Assembly (NCBI GenBank): GCA_013239625.1
Contig: MU053559.1
Location: 3,536,607-3,600,606 of the forward strand
DNA from: Lama guanicoe
Taxonomy: Eukaryota
Reading direction: 5' to 3'
DNA length: 64,000 nucleotides
The number at the start of each line of letters is the position of its first letter. Position 1 is the stretch's first letter. The position numbers and the translations under genes were made by a program. Positions 1 to 13,224 of this stretch are shown in pieces. Under the pieces are notes generated by a model that worked only from the letters and a program-made list of their open reading frames with translations, was not told the DNA's origin and did not search any database.

Positions 1-440
1 TATATTTATGTCTTCTTCAGCACGCAGTGTTGGTTCATTCCATTTGAAAGCTTAAGGCATTAATTCCAGTGTTATCTTGCAAGGATCATGCCTTCGTGTC
101 TTGAGGGTCTGTGAGTTCTATGCCGTATTTACATGGTCGCTTGCATTCTCATTTCAGAGTTTAATATAACAACTGAACAAAAAACATCCTGCTTTATGAG
201 TGTGTTGAAATGAAAAATCTATTTCTTATTAGTGCTGAAGCAATATTTCTTCTGTCATTCTTTTATACTTTATCTTTATTACTACTTCTGGGTTCAGCTT
301 ATTATCCCTAAAGAGACAATCAGATATTAAAGTTTCATTTTGTGTGACACTAACTACCTCTTTATCAGTATCAACTTCATAACATTTGCTTGCGAAAGTA
401 TTTTATTCACCTTTCAGGAAAAACCAGTTTTCAAATGTGC

Positions 441-475
441 TTGCAATTCAGAATTTTGCTACTAGGTGGCAGTAG
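441..475 (+). promoter_or_regulatory. Candidate CTCF site with upstream motif in NDP intron 1
   Basis: ctACTAGGTGGCAGT matches the CTCF core CCASYAGRKGGCRS with one mismatch and is preceded by TTGCAATTC. Confidence 0.5.
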
Positions 476-649
476 TGCACAAGAACAAAATGGTCCACCT
501 GGAGGACTATTTGACCAAGACACAAGCATATCTTCCCATATTTATGAGGGATAAAAGCATATACTATTAAAATGCTCAAACTGGTACAAACATTAAACAT
601 CTATTAACTGAATTACTATTTTTAAGCCAAGCTTTGAAGAGAGAAGGTA

Positions 650-1300
650 TTATTTTTTTAATGAAATTTTGAATTGGTCATACATTCACAAGTTCAAACA
701 TCTACGAATTTTTAAAAGGTATACAGTGAAAGGTCTTTCTCCCATATCTGTCCTCCAACTCCCACAGGTAACTAACTGTATAGTTTCTTGAGTATCCATC
801 CAGAGCTTTTCCACGTAAATACAAATTAACACAAATATGTATTCTTGTCCCTCCTTGTTTTAACACAAATCAATAGTTTCTGCATCCTTCCTCACAGAGT
901 TGCGTGGTATTCCATTGCATGAATGTTGTAGATTTAATCAGTCCCCGACCGATGGATATCTTGTGCTGTTTCCAAGTTGATGCTGTGACAACTAGTGCTG
1001 TAGTGAATAACCATATGCTTGTGTGATCTCCCATGGAGCCTAGTTCTCAGAAGTGAAATTACTGCATCTAAATCATACGCGTTTTCAATTTGAATAGCTG
1101 TTGCCAAATTGGCTTCTACGGAATTTGCACCACTTTTCACTGCACTCTCTCCAACATGAACCTGTTTTCCCACAGCCCTGCCAACAGGGTGCACGATCGG
1201 ACTTTGGAATTTGTGTCAGGTTGACTGGTTGCACAAAGTACCTCAAAGTACTTTAGTTTTCATTTCTCTCTGATAAGCGATGGTGCCCATCTTCATTTAT
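650..1300 (-). mobile_element. Old L1 (L1M-type) 3' fragment
   Basis: T-run start and degraded antisense L1 phrases (gtggtattccattgcatg, gatggatatcttgtgctgtttcca, ttgccaaattg, gaacctgttttcccacagccctgccaaca). Confidence 0.7.
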
Positions 1301-1999
1301 GTTTCTTTTTCTTGGGAGAAGATGCAAATGCCGACACGTACAACCATATAGACACATAGAAAGGGTTTTCCTGTTGATGACGTTGTTTGTTTTGACCATT
1401 GTGCTGTATGCATGCTTTCCTTTCATTTGCTTTGCTCATTTACCCATACCCCCCACCGACCGTGGCTCTGAAAAGAAGTTGCCGGCAGTGGGGAGGGAGG
1501 GTCAGGACTGGAATGTCTGCTGTTTCCCTTCATCCCTTTGCCATTGGCTCCTGGGGGAAATATCTGTCGACTGGAGTGGTGAAAGGAGAAATCTAATAAA
1601 TTCTTTTCCTGAGACTAATTAAGGCTTCAAAGAGACAGATAACCACTGGGGAAAATATAGTCATATTGAAACCAGGAAATGGTCAGTAAAACTGCAGCCT
1701 CTCAACATGGAACCCAAGAAAGCACTGGCTCTTTGGGCTGAAGTCTTGCTGGGTTTCAGGGTTGTGTGCATCGGAAAACCTAGGATACATAGCTGAACAG
1801 AAAACAAAAATGCTCTTCTACATCCTTTGCTGATTTGGGGCTTTAGGCTCAGATTTGATCGATTTTCGTGAGCTGTTGCCATGAGCAGACATGTGAGGGA
1901 AAGTAGTGCAAAGTTGTATGAAAATATAGTCTCCTCGACTTTGGGATTATCTCCTACCTATGGGGATGGTGGTACCTGGATCCATAAGGATCTAAAACA

Positions 2000-2150
2000 T
2001 TGGCATTTTAGAGCACGAGGGGGCTGCAGACACTGTTTCTTTCCAACCCCCCTACTCATCAGATGAGGAGACTGGGGCTGGAACAGTTTAAATGACCTGT
2101 ACAAGGTCCCCCAGCTAATTAATGGCAGTGCTAGAGTCCAAGTGGGTCCC
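2000..2150 (-). mobile_element. MIR SINE
   Basis: cagatgaggagactggggct...aatgacctgtacaaggtcccccagctaattaatggcag is the antisense MIR core. Confidence 0.65.
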
Positions 2151-3487
2151 CTCCCCTCGTTATACTGTTCCCTGCCCTCCCTGCAATTTATAAGACTTCC
2201 CTGCAACACACATGCTTAGGTTTTGCCATTGCCAGGGATGCTCTGCTCTGAAACAGCCCTACGTCACACACCCTCTTCCACTTGGGATCCCTTGCCCGAC
2301 ACTCGCGAGACAGCTAACTGATGTTAAGGGGGGCTGGGGTCACTCTATTAGAGCAACTCATTGACTTATATGGACTTGAATGTCTAATCTTCATCTTATC
2401 AACGCTTTGTCCTCTGTATTCAGACTGTCCCTGAGTAGGAAGTTTTGTTTTTTTTTTTTAAAGTTGTACTAGGAAGCAAAATAATCACACTGTAATCTGA
2501 AATATCTTTGAAAGTTTTTCTGTACCTTTAAGTATCATGTTCCTTTTGTTTTAGATGTAATGGAGTCCCCCAATTTTCCTACACGGTTGAAAATATTTTT
2601 GATGCTCTCTGTCTTCCTGTGCGATCATGGTGGTCATGCCTGGTGGGGAAGGTGGTTAGGGAGGTGATTTGACGAGATCTCTGGACTCAAGTCCTTTCTC
2701 CAAGAGGTATATGTTTAAAAGAACAAAGCAAATTTCAGGTATGGCGTGGTCCCACTTTAATGATAAGTCTCTGTTCCAACAACCACTTACTTTTTCAAAT
2801 TATACCATGTGCTGGGGCTTTACAAAGGCTCTTCAGAAATGCGTGGGTCTGTTAGCAAATACACATGTGTTGCCTTAACCATACTGGAAGCCAGTTAACA
2901 GAATGTGTATTTCAGATGCAGTTTGTCATGGATTCTGGGAGGCATGGGGCTTCAAACAGGATGAGCCTGGAGTGCAGAAGGGGAAAACTAGGTGGACGGG
3001 TGGGTTGGACTTGGACTTGGGAAATGTACTTCCTTCCTGTGGGACGTGGCTTGTGTTCGTTTAGTGTTGACTTGCCTCCTCTGTAGCCCTGTAAGCTTAC
3101 TGAGAAGCCAAATAGACCCTCCCGCCCCCAACAGCCAGGGATAAGGATGAGACCACCCAAATCAGTTACACTGTGGCCAGAACCACATGTTTAATCTTTA
3201 CTATGGGTTCAAACTATCCTTGCTCCTAGGAACACAGACTCCAGCAATTAAAGTCAACATGTGCTTCCATGAAACCATTGTGTCCACCTCTAAATGATTA
3301 TAAATATGCACCATAAGCTATGGCTGGGGGGGTGGAGCATGAACTGGATGACAACTTATGCTAATGACACTGCAGAAACCAATATTCGCCACTCAAAATG
3401 ACATGGAAAGATTCTACTCGATACCTCCTGGGTTCCATTCTTTTTTCCGGGTGTCTCTGGGGAAAATGATTTCTGTTTTCATTCCAG

Positions 3488-3694
3488 CTGTGCAGCAGAT
3501 ACTGGGATGATGGATGGCAAGTGCGAAGAGTAAGACCAAACTCCGTCATACAAAGGACAATGACAACCAGAAAGCTCCAACCGGATCCTGCCCTTTCCTT
3601 GAAAGGAACTGGATCCTAGGAGGCGAAGGCATTTCCAATTTTTAGTCCTCTGCCTCCCTCTGCTGTTTCTCTTGAGAAGTTTTCCCTTACAACA
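3488..3694 (+). other. NDP: NDP exon 2, 5'UTR portion
   Basis: Acceptor ttctgttttcattccag|CTG at 3487/3488, 207 nt upstream of the ATG, consistent with the recalled human NDP exon 2 structure. Non-coding exon 1 was not identified and presumably lies upstream of the window. Confidence 0.85.
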
Positions 3695-3868
3695 ATGAGA
3701 AATCATGTACTAGCGGCATCCTTTTCTATGCTATCCCTGCTGGCGCTGATGGGAGATACGGACAGCAAAGCAGACAGCTCATTCATGATGGACTCCGACC
3801 CTCGACGCTGCATGAGGCACCACTACGTCGATTCTATCAGCCATCCGTTGTACAAGTGTAGCTCAAAG
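3695..3868 (+). CDS. NDP: Norrin, first coding exon (aa 1-58: signal peptide and start of cystine knot)
   Basis: Translation [58 protein letters not shown] is recognisably Norrin. Ends at donor AAG|gtaaga (3868/3869); 174 nt, phase 0. Confidence 0.98.
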
Positions 3869-5944
3869 GTAAGATCAAGATCTCTGCCAGAGTAGCATTA
3901 CTTCCAGAAACAGGAGAGAGGCCATATTCCTTTGTCAGGGGGATGGAGAACTCTGATCGCAGCCCAAACCTGAGGTATATGGCCAGCCCTGCAGAGAATC
4001 ATGCCTTTAGGGTTTCCCACCAGGCTTTGAACTTTTGTCAGTAAAACCGCCTAATTGACTGTGGGGCACACCAGCCAGCTTCTCTCTTTTCTGGCTGCTC
4101 GAAATCAATAGGAAAGGCTGGAAGGTTCTCACGATCAAACTGGTGCTAGACACAAGGTGAGAGGGATGTGTTTCATTGCGGGCTGTGAGATTTATAAGCG
4201 GTAGTGGCCTTTTTCAAGAAAGAAAAGTGGAGTCTGCAAGTGGAAGGGAATCCAAGAAATATGACTGAGCAATGAAACGTACTCTTCTAAGAGTTTCCTG
4301 GCAAAATAGTTGGTCACCAGCCTTGTGGTCCATGCCTTTCTCTACCTGCCATGTTTATGTCAAAATGACTTCAAAAGATAAATGACAACTTGATAATTGA
4401 TCAGTTTTACCTTGATTATCCAAGTCATTCTGATTTGGAATAGGTTGTACATTCCTGGCATAGGAAAATGATGTCTCAGGGTTGAGACAGGGTGTATGAA
4501 GGAATGCCATGGTTCAAAGGCCGCCGAGAGTGGCCAGCCACATGGACCACCCAGAAGGGAGGCACATAGTAGGGAGACTGTCACTGCTCCCAGTCACATA
4601 AATGAAATTTGCCCACATTTGGCAAATAAGAATTTGTTTAACCCGACCTCAGAGATTTTTTCACTCTCAGTCTTGAGACTAAAACCACTTAAACATTCTC
4701 ATATGGCAAGTATTTTTTAAATTACCAGTATAATTAAGAAGTTCTGGTAATATCAACCACTAGAATTGAGACCATAGAAATTAATGTTTCTCCCTTCCAT
4801 TTAAAAACATGACTTCCGTCCGCCTTTAAAATTTCCGTAATTCCTCTGATTATAGCTCAATGATTATGGCTTCTTTTAGTTTAGGGGGATCAGAATTTGG
4901 GGTCAATCACTTTAACCGAAACTTCCTGGCTCTTTGTTTGTACTTGCAGAACTGAAAAAAAAAAAGATACATTTTTGCAAGACTGCAATCCCTTCTTAGA
5001 AAAAAAATAACTAAAACAAATTGAGAAGAAAGATAGGACATGCTTTTACAACTGTGATTGCTCAGAAAATGTAGGTCTGAGCAAGGCTGACTGGAGCAAT
5101 TATTAGCTTCTCTTCTGCTCCCCCTACAGAGAGCAATGTGTCAATGTGATGAACAGAAAAATTGGAGCATCTGTAAAAACGAAAAAAAAAAATCTGAAAA
5201 GATTCGGCAAAAGGATGGAGCAGCGCCTTAGCAATGATCACATTAATTAAGGAAAGGTCAAATAAGAGATATCATTAACTCGAACCCAACAAACTCACAG
5301 TGCTTGACAACGAATCCTAGAAACAGACTTTAGTCTACCTTTGTTCACCTCTGTTTCTTCCAGAATACCGTGATAAATAGCACAAAATTGTGATTGCAAA
5401 GAGATGTTTGTAATTTCATGGGAACAATCTGTTTTCAAACATCCCAAACTATCCCGAATATAGCAATAGTTTTGCGTACATGGTGCTTGTAATTATAAAC
5501 TTTTCTTCCCTGGCCATAAAATATGCCTGGCAGAATCTCAACTACCCAGATCTTTTCTGGATTAGATTTTCTCTATGCATCCAGGAACGAGAACTGTTTC
5601 TCATTTTGAGATATTCTATAATTCTTCATTCTCACAGACTCAGGCCGGTCTTCTCTCTAACGGGTCTCATTTAACGAAATTGTACATCTTTACAGAGTTG
5701 GGATAAAACAATTAGCCTGTGTCTCAACAATAACCCATGGAGGTTTTTCAAAAGAGGAGACTAGGGTAGATTTTTCCTCTAGGCAAAAAATTTCCCCTTA
5801 ACATGATGTTCAAAGGCCATTATTTTCTAGACGATGCCTACTGTTTGCCTGTCGATTGTTAATGCTACCCGACTCCCGTTTATCCAGTGTCTGGCTTCGG
5901 GGAACGTGTGATCCAGGCTCAGGGAAGGAAGAGCATGTGCTTAG

Positions 5945-6110
5945 ACACCTAATATGTGTCAGGCACCTCATACTATATGATCTAATCATTGCTGCCAATC
6001 CTGTGATGGAGGGCATTATAATTCCCATCTTACCGATAAGGAAAACTGAAACCTGAAGGAAGTATTAAGTAGATTCCTCAACATTGTTTAGCCCGGAAGT
6101 GGCAGTGTCT
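5945..6110 (-). mobile_element. MIR SINE
   Basis: attataattcccatcttaccgataaggaaaactgaaacc, antisense MIR core. Confidence 0.65.
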
Positions 6111-6632
6111 GCCTTGGAGCATTCATCTTTCAATTCATTCATCTTCCACTTGGCTCTTCCTATTGGAGGAATGCAAATAGAATGTAGGAACCACTATTTC
6201 GAAGTCCAGGCTCAACTTCTGGCCTGCTGAAAATAATGATTTCTACTCAGCAACCTTTGCAGAAAATAGAAATAATAGTGAAAGTTTTCCTGGGAGCCTT
6301 CCATGAGATTGTCTGTTTCCCCTAGCTCTGAACTTGCAGCTGGCCAGCCCTGGGGTCCTGTCACCCATCATCCAGCAATTCAGGAAAGGGTTGAGATGGA
6401 GTCAGGCAGAAAAGACTGGTCGCAGTGGTCTTTAGTACTAAGGAGGTCAGTGTGGCCACACATTAAGATGTGCCCAGTTTTCAGTGGCAACACTTCATAG
6501 GATTGGGTACATAAGATGCTAGGAGTGGCAGCTTCGTTGATAATCTCCCCTGAAATTTTTAGTAAAGGTAGAAGAGCAAACAAAAGAGCTCTCTGGCATA
6601 TAATAGGCATTAATAAATGATAGGATGATCTT

Positions 6633-7020
6633 TTTATGTTTTTAATTTTTATTGATGTATAGCTGATTTGCAATGTTGTCTTAGTTTCAGGTGTACAGCA
6701 CAGTGATTCAGTTATACATATAGATTTTTTTTTCAGATTCTTTTTCATTATAGGTTATTACAAGATATTGAATATACTTCCCTGTGCTCTACAGTGGGTC
6801 CTCGTTGTTCATCTATTTTATATATAGTAGTGTGTATATCTGTTAATCCCAAATTCCTAATTTATCCCTCCCCCAAACCCTTTCCCCTTTGGTAACCATA
6901 GCTTTTTTTTCTATGTCTGTGAGACTATTTCTGGTTTGTAAATAAGTTCATTTGTATCTTTTTTTTTTTTTTAGATTCCGCATATAACTGATGTCATATG
7001 TATTTGTCTTTGTCTGACTT
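6633..7020 (-). mobile_element. Young 5'-truncated L1 (3'UTR) in NDP intron 2
   Basis: Homologous to the 3' end of the L1 at 29845-31078. TSD aaatgataggatgatctt (6615-6632) / aaatgatagtgtgatctt (7021-7038). Confidence 0.9.
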
Positions 7021-8709
7021 AAATGATAGTGTGATCTTGACGATGAAGTTATAAACTGGACAGGTGTTTAGACTTACTTTTCTATTTCAGTCACCACTGA
7101 AACCTCAATAACTATTGGGATCTCCTATAGCCTTAAAGGATTAGGAAAATGAACCTCACTGCGGTTCTTGTTAAACACAGAAACCTGACAGGGGTTGGGA
7201 GCATGCAGAAGGGCAAAGTAAGTGTAAGCCACTGTGCTGGATGCTCGGGGCGGGGTGGAGAGGTCAAAGCAAAGAGAAACAGACCCTGCTGTCTGACCTC
7301 CCTTCCCAGGTGAGTGGAAGAAGGGACCAGAAGTGGTGTGTTCTGGATTTGGGCCAGGGACGGGCTTTCAAAGGACCGAGGCTGGGACACTGAACCGGCA
7401 GGGCGGGCTTGTGAAGTCTGAGTTGGGTGAGGAGTCGGAGATGGTGGCCCCCCGAGCCAGGAGAGGGGAACCAGGGTATGTGGTTGCCTGAACTCTGCAG
7501 GGCCACAGGAACAGGTGGGGATCCCAAAGGGGGACCACAAAGGAGGAGGAGGAGGAGGGTCCTGGGGGACAAAATGTGGGGAAATTCCTCGAGGAAAGGG
7601 GATCTGTCATGCCATGGGCCAAGCCTTGGAGTTGGGAGAGGGTGTTTAGGACCCCCCCAAGCCATCTCCTGGTGCTGCCCCTGAAGCTCATAGCTTCATA
7701 GGAGAAATGACGGGGGTGGAGGTCGGTAATATTGAGTTTATAACCCAATTGGCTACCTGGCAGATATGACTTGATTTTTTAGAAAGGAACACATTTATAC
7801 TGAATGCCTACTAATGCAGGCACTGAGCTAGGACTTGAGGCACAAAAGTCAAAGAAAACACAGACTACGTTTTGGCCCTCATGGGGCTTACAAAGTAAGT
7901 GGAGGAGAGAGGGAAGAGAAGCATTCTGTGTGCAAAAGCCTCTTCATGTCAGTTTGAGTTGTGACCAGAGTGAAGGGACCAGATTCCAGTTGGGGTTTGC
8001 AGAGTTCCCATCCACCTTATTGGAGCTCTCACCTCCTCCCCCGACTGCTTCATTCCCCTGGTTGCCATTTTGCAGATGCCCTCAGCCTGGCACAGACCCT
8101 TCAGGGGTTGATCTGGGTCTCTGGAGATGAACTGAACTGTCATTTATTGAGGATACTGGTGAGGTGAGGCATGGGAGAAGCAGAGGCGAATCCTGTTCCT
8201 GAGGAGAAAGAGAGGTGATTTAAGGGATGTCACGGAATAAGGGATACACAATGTTCAATGCTGAGAAAAAGGCAGAGTATATTTCTCACTCAGCTGAGAT
8301 AAAATAGCCAAAACTCTATTCTAGGATGGGACAGGTGGGTCTTTATTCCGATTTTGATGGAGACCATGGCCTGAGCCAGGACTTCACAGGGCTCCACATC
8401 ACAGGAGAGGAAAGCGGCTTTGGAGATGGTGAGTCTTTCAACAAGGGATGATGAGAACCAGCTGTGTTTGGGTTTTCTCTCACTTGGAAGACGGTTGTGT
8501 ATTGCAGCAAAGACAAAACTGTCTAAGAACTGTGGTAGGTCACCAAAGAGAGCGGGAGGCTGAGGTCTCTGGGTGTAATCCTTGGTCTGGACCCAGGAAT
8601 CACAACTGGCTACAACCCTCCCAGTGTAGCCTGAACTTGCCCATGACCGACATTAGCATCTTAGGGAAATCAAGGGCTCGAAAGGCTGACTTTCATGGCT
8701 TAACAATGT

Positions 8710-8945
8710 AGCACCGCGGTTAGGAGAGAGTGCTCAGAAACCAGACTGTCTTGGTTCAGAATTCTGGCCCTTTATGGTATAGCTATGTGATTCCAGGCTG
8801 GTAACTTATCTTCCGCCTTTTAATTTCTTAATTTGGAAAGTGGGGAGAGTTTACCTTTTGAAACCGTTGTCAAGTATTAAGTTGCCTATGAAGGGCTTGG
8901 CTCAGTGCCTGGAGCCTAGTAAATGTTCAATACGTGTTATATATC
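8710..8945 (+). mobile_element. MIR SINE
   Basis: ccagactgtcttggttcagaattctggcc...agctatgtga...ggcttggctcagtgcctgg...taaatgttcaatacgtgtta. Confidence 0.65.
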
Positions 8946-9889
8946 ATCATCCTTACTATTCTTTTATTATTGCCCAAGGTCCTCTCACTTCTTTTAGCCT
9001 CAGCACATGGAAATCGGATTAGAACACGAAGGAGCCTATCCTTGAGCAAATATTCTGGACCCGGCAGCTCTGTTCATGTTAGAAGGAACTTGATTTCACA
9101 TCCGACCGGAGCCAAGTGACTCCAAGGTTGGGGGGATCCAAAGGGGGTTCCTGGAGAAGTTGCTTAGCTTTCTAGCATCAAGCCGCTTGTTTGGGGAAAC
9201 ATGAGACAGCAAAAATTAAACTGGACCCAAAGCAGATAACGTGTCTGTCACCCACCTGAACCGTGAGAAGTCATGGAAGGTCATGTGAACAATAATCACC
9301 TATTGAACCCACTCTTCTAATGGTGTGGCTCCACGTGGGTTCTTTGTCCAAAAAAGTTCATTTCTTGATCTGATAACAGAGCAGTGTGGATGCTCTCCAT
9401 TAAGAGCAGTTAAGTGCAGTGCAGTGTTAATAAAATACAGCCAAGTCACCCACGTGTGAGGAATGTACATTGACCGTAAACTGGGGGCCAGTGTGTTTTG
9501 GCAGGTGAGCTGATATTTGAAAGTTTCAAAGGTTTATTAAACTGAAGGGTGAACTGGCTAAGGAGTTAGAAAGTGTGTGGTACCGTCCAGTGAATTGCCG
9601 GGAGTCCCTAGGAGTCCTGAAATCACTGGAGGATGGAGCTGGGCGAGGGTCTCGACAGTGGAAGAGATATTTAGGACTGCCATGACTCTTACAAGATTCA
9701 GCTCTGCTTAAGTTTGATGATGTGTCCCAAGAAGCCCATAAGAGATAGGTCAAACTTGTGTGGTTATGATATGGCTAGGACTCCCAAAGGCAGGTCAAAA
9801 TAAATTAGAGTAGGGTGTGAATTGACCCATGCCTCGGGAAAACATCTAAATATCAGGAGGCAAGATAATAAAACGGTTTAGACCAGGGG

Positions 9890-10100
9890 ATCGTTTGAGA
9901 CAAACTTGGGTTTGATTTCATCTCTGCATTTTACCAGAGATGTGAGTTTGAGCAATTTACTTAAACTCTCTAAAGCCTCAGTTTCCTCATCTGTAATAAC
10001 AGTACAGATAACAGTAGCCCCTTTCGCAAGGATTGTCATGAGAATTAAATGAGATTAAATATTGTAAGCACTCAATAAATGTTAGCTGCCACCATTATTA
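9890..10100 (+). mobile_element. MIR SINE
   Basis: gagcaatttacttaaactctctaaagcctcagtttcctcatctgtaa MIR core, ending gcactcaataaatgttagct. Confidence 0.8.
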
Positions 10101-10167
10101 TGAGCTGAACGGTCGCTATCTAGTGATCCACCTAGAGTGGAGCCCCTCAAAATTTAAAAGGTCCGGA

Positions 10168-10337
10168 GCTTCGCTACTCAAAGTGTGGATGTTAGCCAGC
10201 AGTACTGGCATCAACCAGAATCTTAGGAGAAATGCAAAATCTCTGGCTTCGCCAAGAACTACTTGAGCACTATCTGCATTTTAACAAGAGCTTCTGCTGA
10301 TTTATACACACATTACAGTTTGAGAAGTTCTGGTCTG
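10168..10337. mobile_element. MER5A-like hAT-Charlie element
   Basis: gctactcaaagtgtgg...ggcatca...agaaatgcaaaatctc...tctgcattttaacaag...agtttgagaagttctg. Confidence 0.7.
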
Positions 10338-10551
10338 GAACAGGTCAGAAGCTGTTCATTAAATCTGTAACACAGGTGAGGCATGGCAGAGACTAAAATG
10401 TGAATATCAAGAGTAGAACCCCTTCTATTCCTTAATGTCACTCATTTACAGATCTTATCTTCCAAACTCCCTGCTTTACCCCTTCAACACACATACACCA
10501 AACAGGGCCACAGTTTGATATAGTTTCTAGCTTTGAGATGGGCTCTATATA

Positions 10552-10741
10552 TAATTGACCTTTGAACACATGGCTTTGAACTGCGTGAGTCCACTTATAT
10601 GTGGATTTTTTTCAATTGTAAATATTACAGTACTGCACGACCTGTGGTTGGTTGGGACAGCCGAGTATAAATTACATGCAGATTTCAGAATATGTAGAAG
10701 GATGGAGCCCTTGACCCTCAGCGTTGTTCAAGGGTCAACTG
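10552..10741. mobile_element. Tigger2-like non-autonomous DNA transposon
   Basis: TIRs ttgacctttgaaca / tgttcaagggtcaactg, with internal tttgaactgcgtgagtccacttatatgtggattttttt as in Tigger2 ends. Confidence 0.75.
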
Positions 10742-10799
10742 TGCTAGGACTCTCCCAGAGAGGGGATTTGCATATATGTTGAGAATGTCAAGGGCCAGA

Positions 10800-11130
10800 T
10801 AAATTGCTTCATAGTCTCTTCTTTGAGGAAAGGGCATTTGAATTCGGCAATGGAGGATAGTTGGGAATTTCATTAAGTCCAGCCAGGAGAAAAGGGCATT
10901 CGTGAGAGAGGAAAGACGTGAGCAAAGACAAGAGGCAGGGAAATTCAGGGCAGTTCCATCGACTCCTAAGTAATTAAGCTTGATCCAAATAAAGAGAGGG
11001 TGATGAGAACAGTTACTTCCCAACAGTAAGATTGGAAAAGACCTGGTGAAAACCAGGTCATGGAGAGGCTTAATGTCTGCTCAGGATTTTGGATTTTATT
11101 CTGAAGGCTGCGGGCAGCCACTGAAGGTGT
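10800..11130 (-). mobile_element. L2 fragment
   Basis: ccaggtcatggagaggcttaatgtc...ttttggattttattctgaaggctgcgggcagccactgaaggtgttt, typical antisense L2. Confidence 0.55.
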
Positions 11131-11228
11131 TTATTGTACATGTCTGTGCATTTTCCTTGCCCAGAAAGTCTAGCTCCTGAGGAAGGGGGACCCATTGGAG
11201 ATGGCCCCAGAGTCTTCAGTGCTAGAGC

Positions 11229-11387
11229 TTTTTTTTTTTTAAGTTAATTCTTTTTTTTTAGGCTAACGTATTTATTCGTTTATTTTCTTATTTATTATTT
11301 TTAAAAATGGAGGTACTAGGGATTGAACCCAGGACCTTGTGAATGCTAAGCATGTGCTTTACCACTGAGCTATACCCACCCCCACCC
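11229..11387 (-). mobile_element. tRNA-Ala-derived SINE (Vic-1-like)
   Basis: Antisense tRNA-like head (ggaggtactagggattgaacccagg...accactgagctatacc), T-rich tail, TSD-like agtgctagag/agtgctggag. Confidence 0.9.
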
Positions 11388-13224
11388 TGAGTGCTGGAGT
11401 TCTTATCCTTCAGAATGAGCTAAAGATGGAGCTTGAGACCTTGAAGACTTTTAGTGAAATCACAAGTGGGTTAGTTCTTCTACAAATGGCCCTAGATTGC
11501 TGACTTGGTCACATTATAGACAGTGCTAGTTGCCTGGTCATTCGAGGTCTGCATTCGGTTCACCTGTGTGTGTAACATTTGGGTACGATGCACCACCATG
11601 TCTTTGCCCTTCTGAATTAAGTATGTTGGCACAGGTTACTATATCCATTCAGACTCAAACTGGATCTCTAAGGACTCCATTTTGGGAGGTGATTCTTTGA
11701 CTAACTGCTTAATCCGCCTAATAGGTGATTAGAGGTGAGCAAATTGAAAAGTATTCTGAAGAGAGATGTCAAGGAGCTATTTCCATGTACTAGCAGGGAT
11801 GGAGAGAAGGGACTGGGAAGACCTAGAACTGTCTCTCTCATTAGAGGGATGGGATGGTCACCAAGGACTGGCCCATGTGATATAGACCTGTAGCATAATC
11901 TCTGAAAACCTATTTCGGATCATGTTTGTTTCCCTATCAGTGTGGAGAGCAGGCAGGATAGAATCAGACTTTAAGAACTTCAAAATGGCTTCCAGCTGCC
12001 ATTTTCTCCCTGTCTCTGTGATCTTTCAGAAAATAAATCAGTAGGTCTAGTCCAACTTACTTTTCCCTAAGCCCTGCTAATTGTGTCCTAGTATCTTATA
12101 TTTTCTTGACGGTTGCTAAGAGATTGTTAGATTCATCTCAACATCTTCTCAGATAATGATGCTAATGATCTATAATTACTGGAAGTCATCTTCTCTTCCT
12201 TTTGGAAAATGGGCAGGCCATTTCTTTCTTTTAATTCTTAGGTATTCAATTCTGTCCTGCAGGATGATGTCCGAGATAATAGCTGGTGAGTTTCAATAGT
12301 AACTGCTAATTCCTAAAATGCCACGAGGTAAAGATTTCATGCCTATTTATGTATCTTTTAATTTTTATTTGAATGGTTGGACTTTGTCTGGTCTTACTGT
12401 GGGGTATGGAATTAGAGCACAACTTTTTCCTCCGTCACTTAATATGAAATTCACCAAGCAAGACCCTCCCATATAAACAGCCTAATAATCTGAGGTTTCC
12501 CCCACCTACTGTGCCCCAATATATAAGGTTATACAGTTTAATGAATCAACCTGCTCACCATATCCCGCCCATGACTGCCACTCCCAGGATACCAGGATTT
12601 ATGTGTGGGACATATAAATCGGCCTCTGCTCCATCCTTTTATTCTATGTGCAAAATATGGAGTGTGTGTTTATGTCCATTGCTTTGGGAATAACTTCAAG
12701 GAGTCTGTTTACTAAAGCCACATTAAGAGCCACTATAAAGAACACACAGCCTCTCCTACTGCAGCCCAAGCTTTATTTATCATCCTGACCTACCTTTGGA
12801 AATGGAGATGATCAGAATGAATGCATCCTAACGTTTGCCCTAAATGATGCTGAAAATGCCGTTGTGCAAATCTCAGGCTCCTTCAGTGTATAAGCCCAGA
12901 AGTGTGATTCCAGGGCCCAAAAGGTATCGTTTCTATTTCAGTCTCTTGTTTCAAGTTGTAGTGCCCAGAATATTTCTTCTTCAGTATCACATAAGTTAGC
13001 CTCTTTTCCTTCTTCAGTAACAATGTTCCTTTTCTTTAATAATTCCTGGCAGATAACAAATTCCTTTTTTTTTCCTGTAGTCATTTCTTATTTACCCCCT
13101 GATTGCAATTTGGAGTGACTTTCTACAGTTTGAGACCACTGGACTGCTGGTAGACTACCACCTGTCCGAAGAAATTTCTTTTATTCTTTGGTTTTTACTT
13201 GCATATTGTGGTGGTGGGTCTCGT

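Noticed and set aside
3869..3895. C-terminal VRSRSLPE of ORF 3695..3895
   Set aside because: Intron read-through past the AAG|gtaaga donor; not part of Norrin.
7133..8167. Several overlapping ORFs over 100 aa in intron 2
   Set aside because: Explained by stop-codon scarcity in G/C-rich sequence; no domain similarity or coherent splice structure.
11400..12330. Possible CR1/L3 remnants (also ~47000-47400 and ~48720-49090)
   Set aside because: Resemblance too weak to set boundaries without a profile search.
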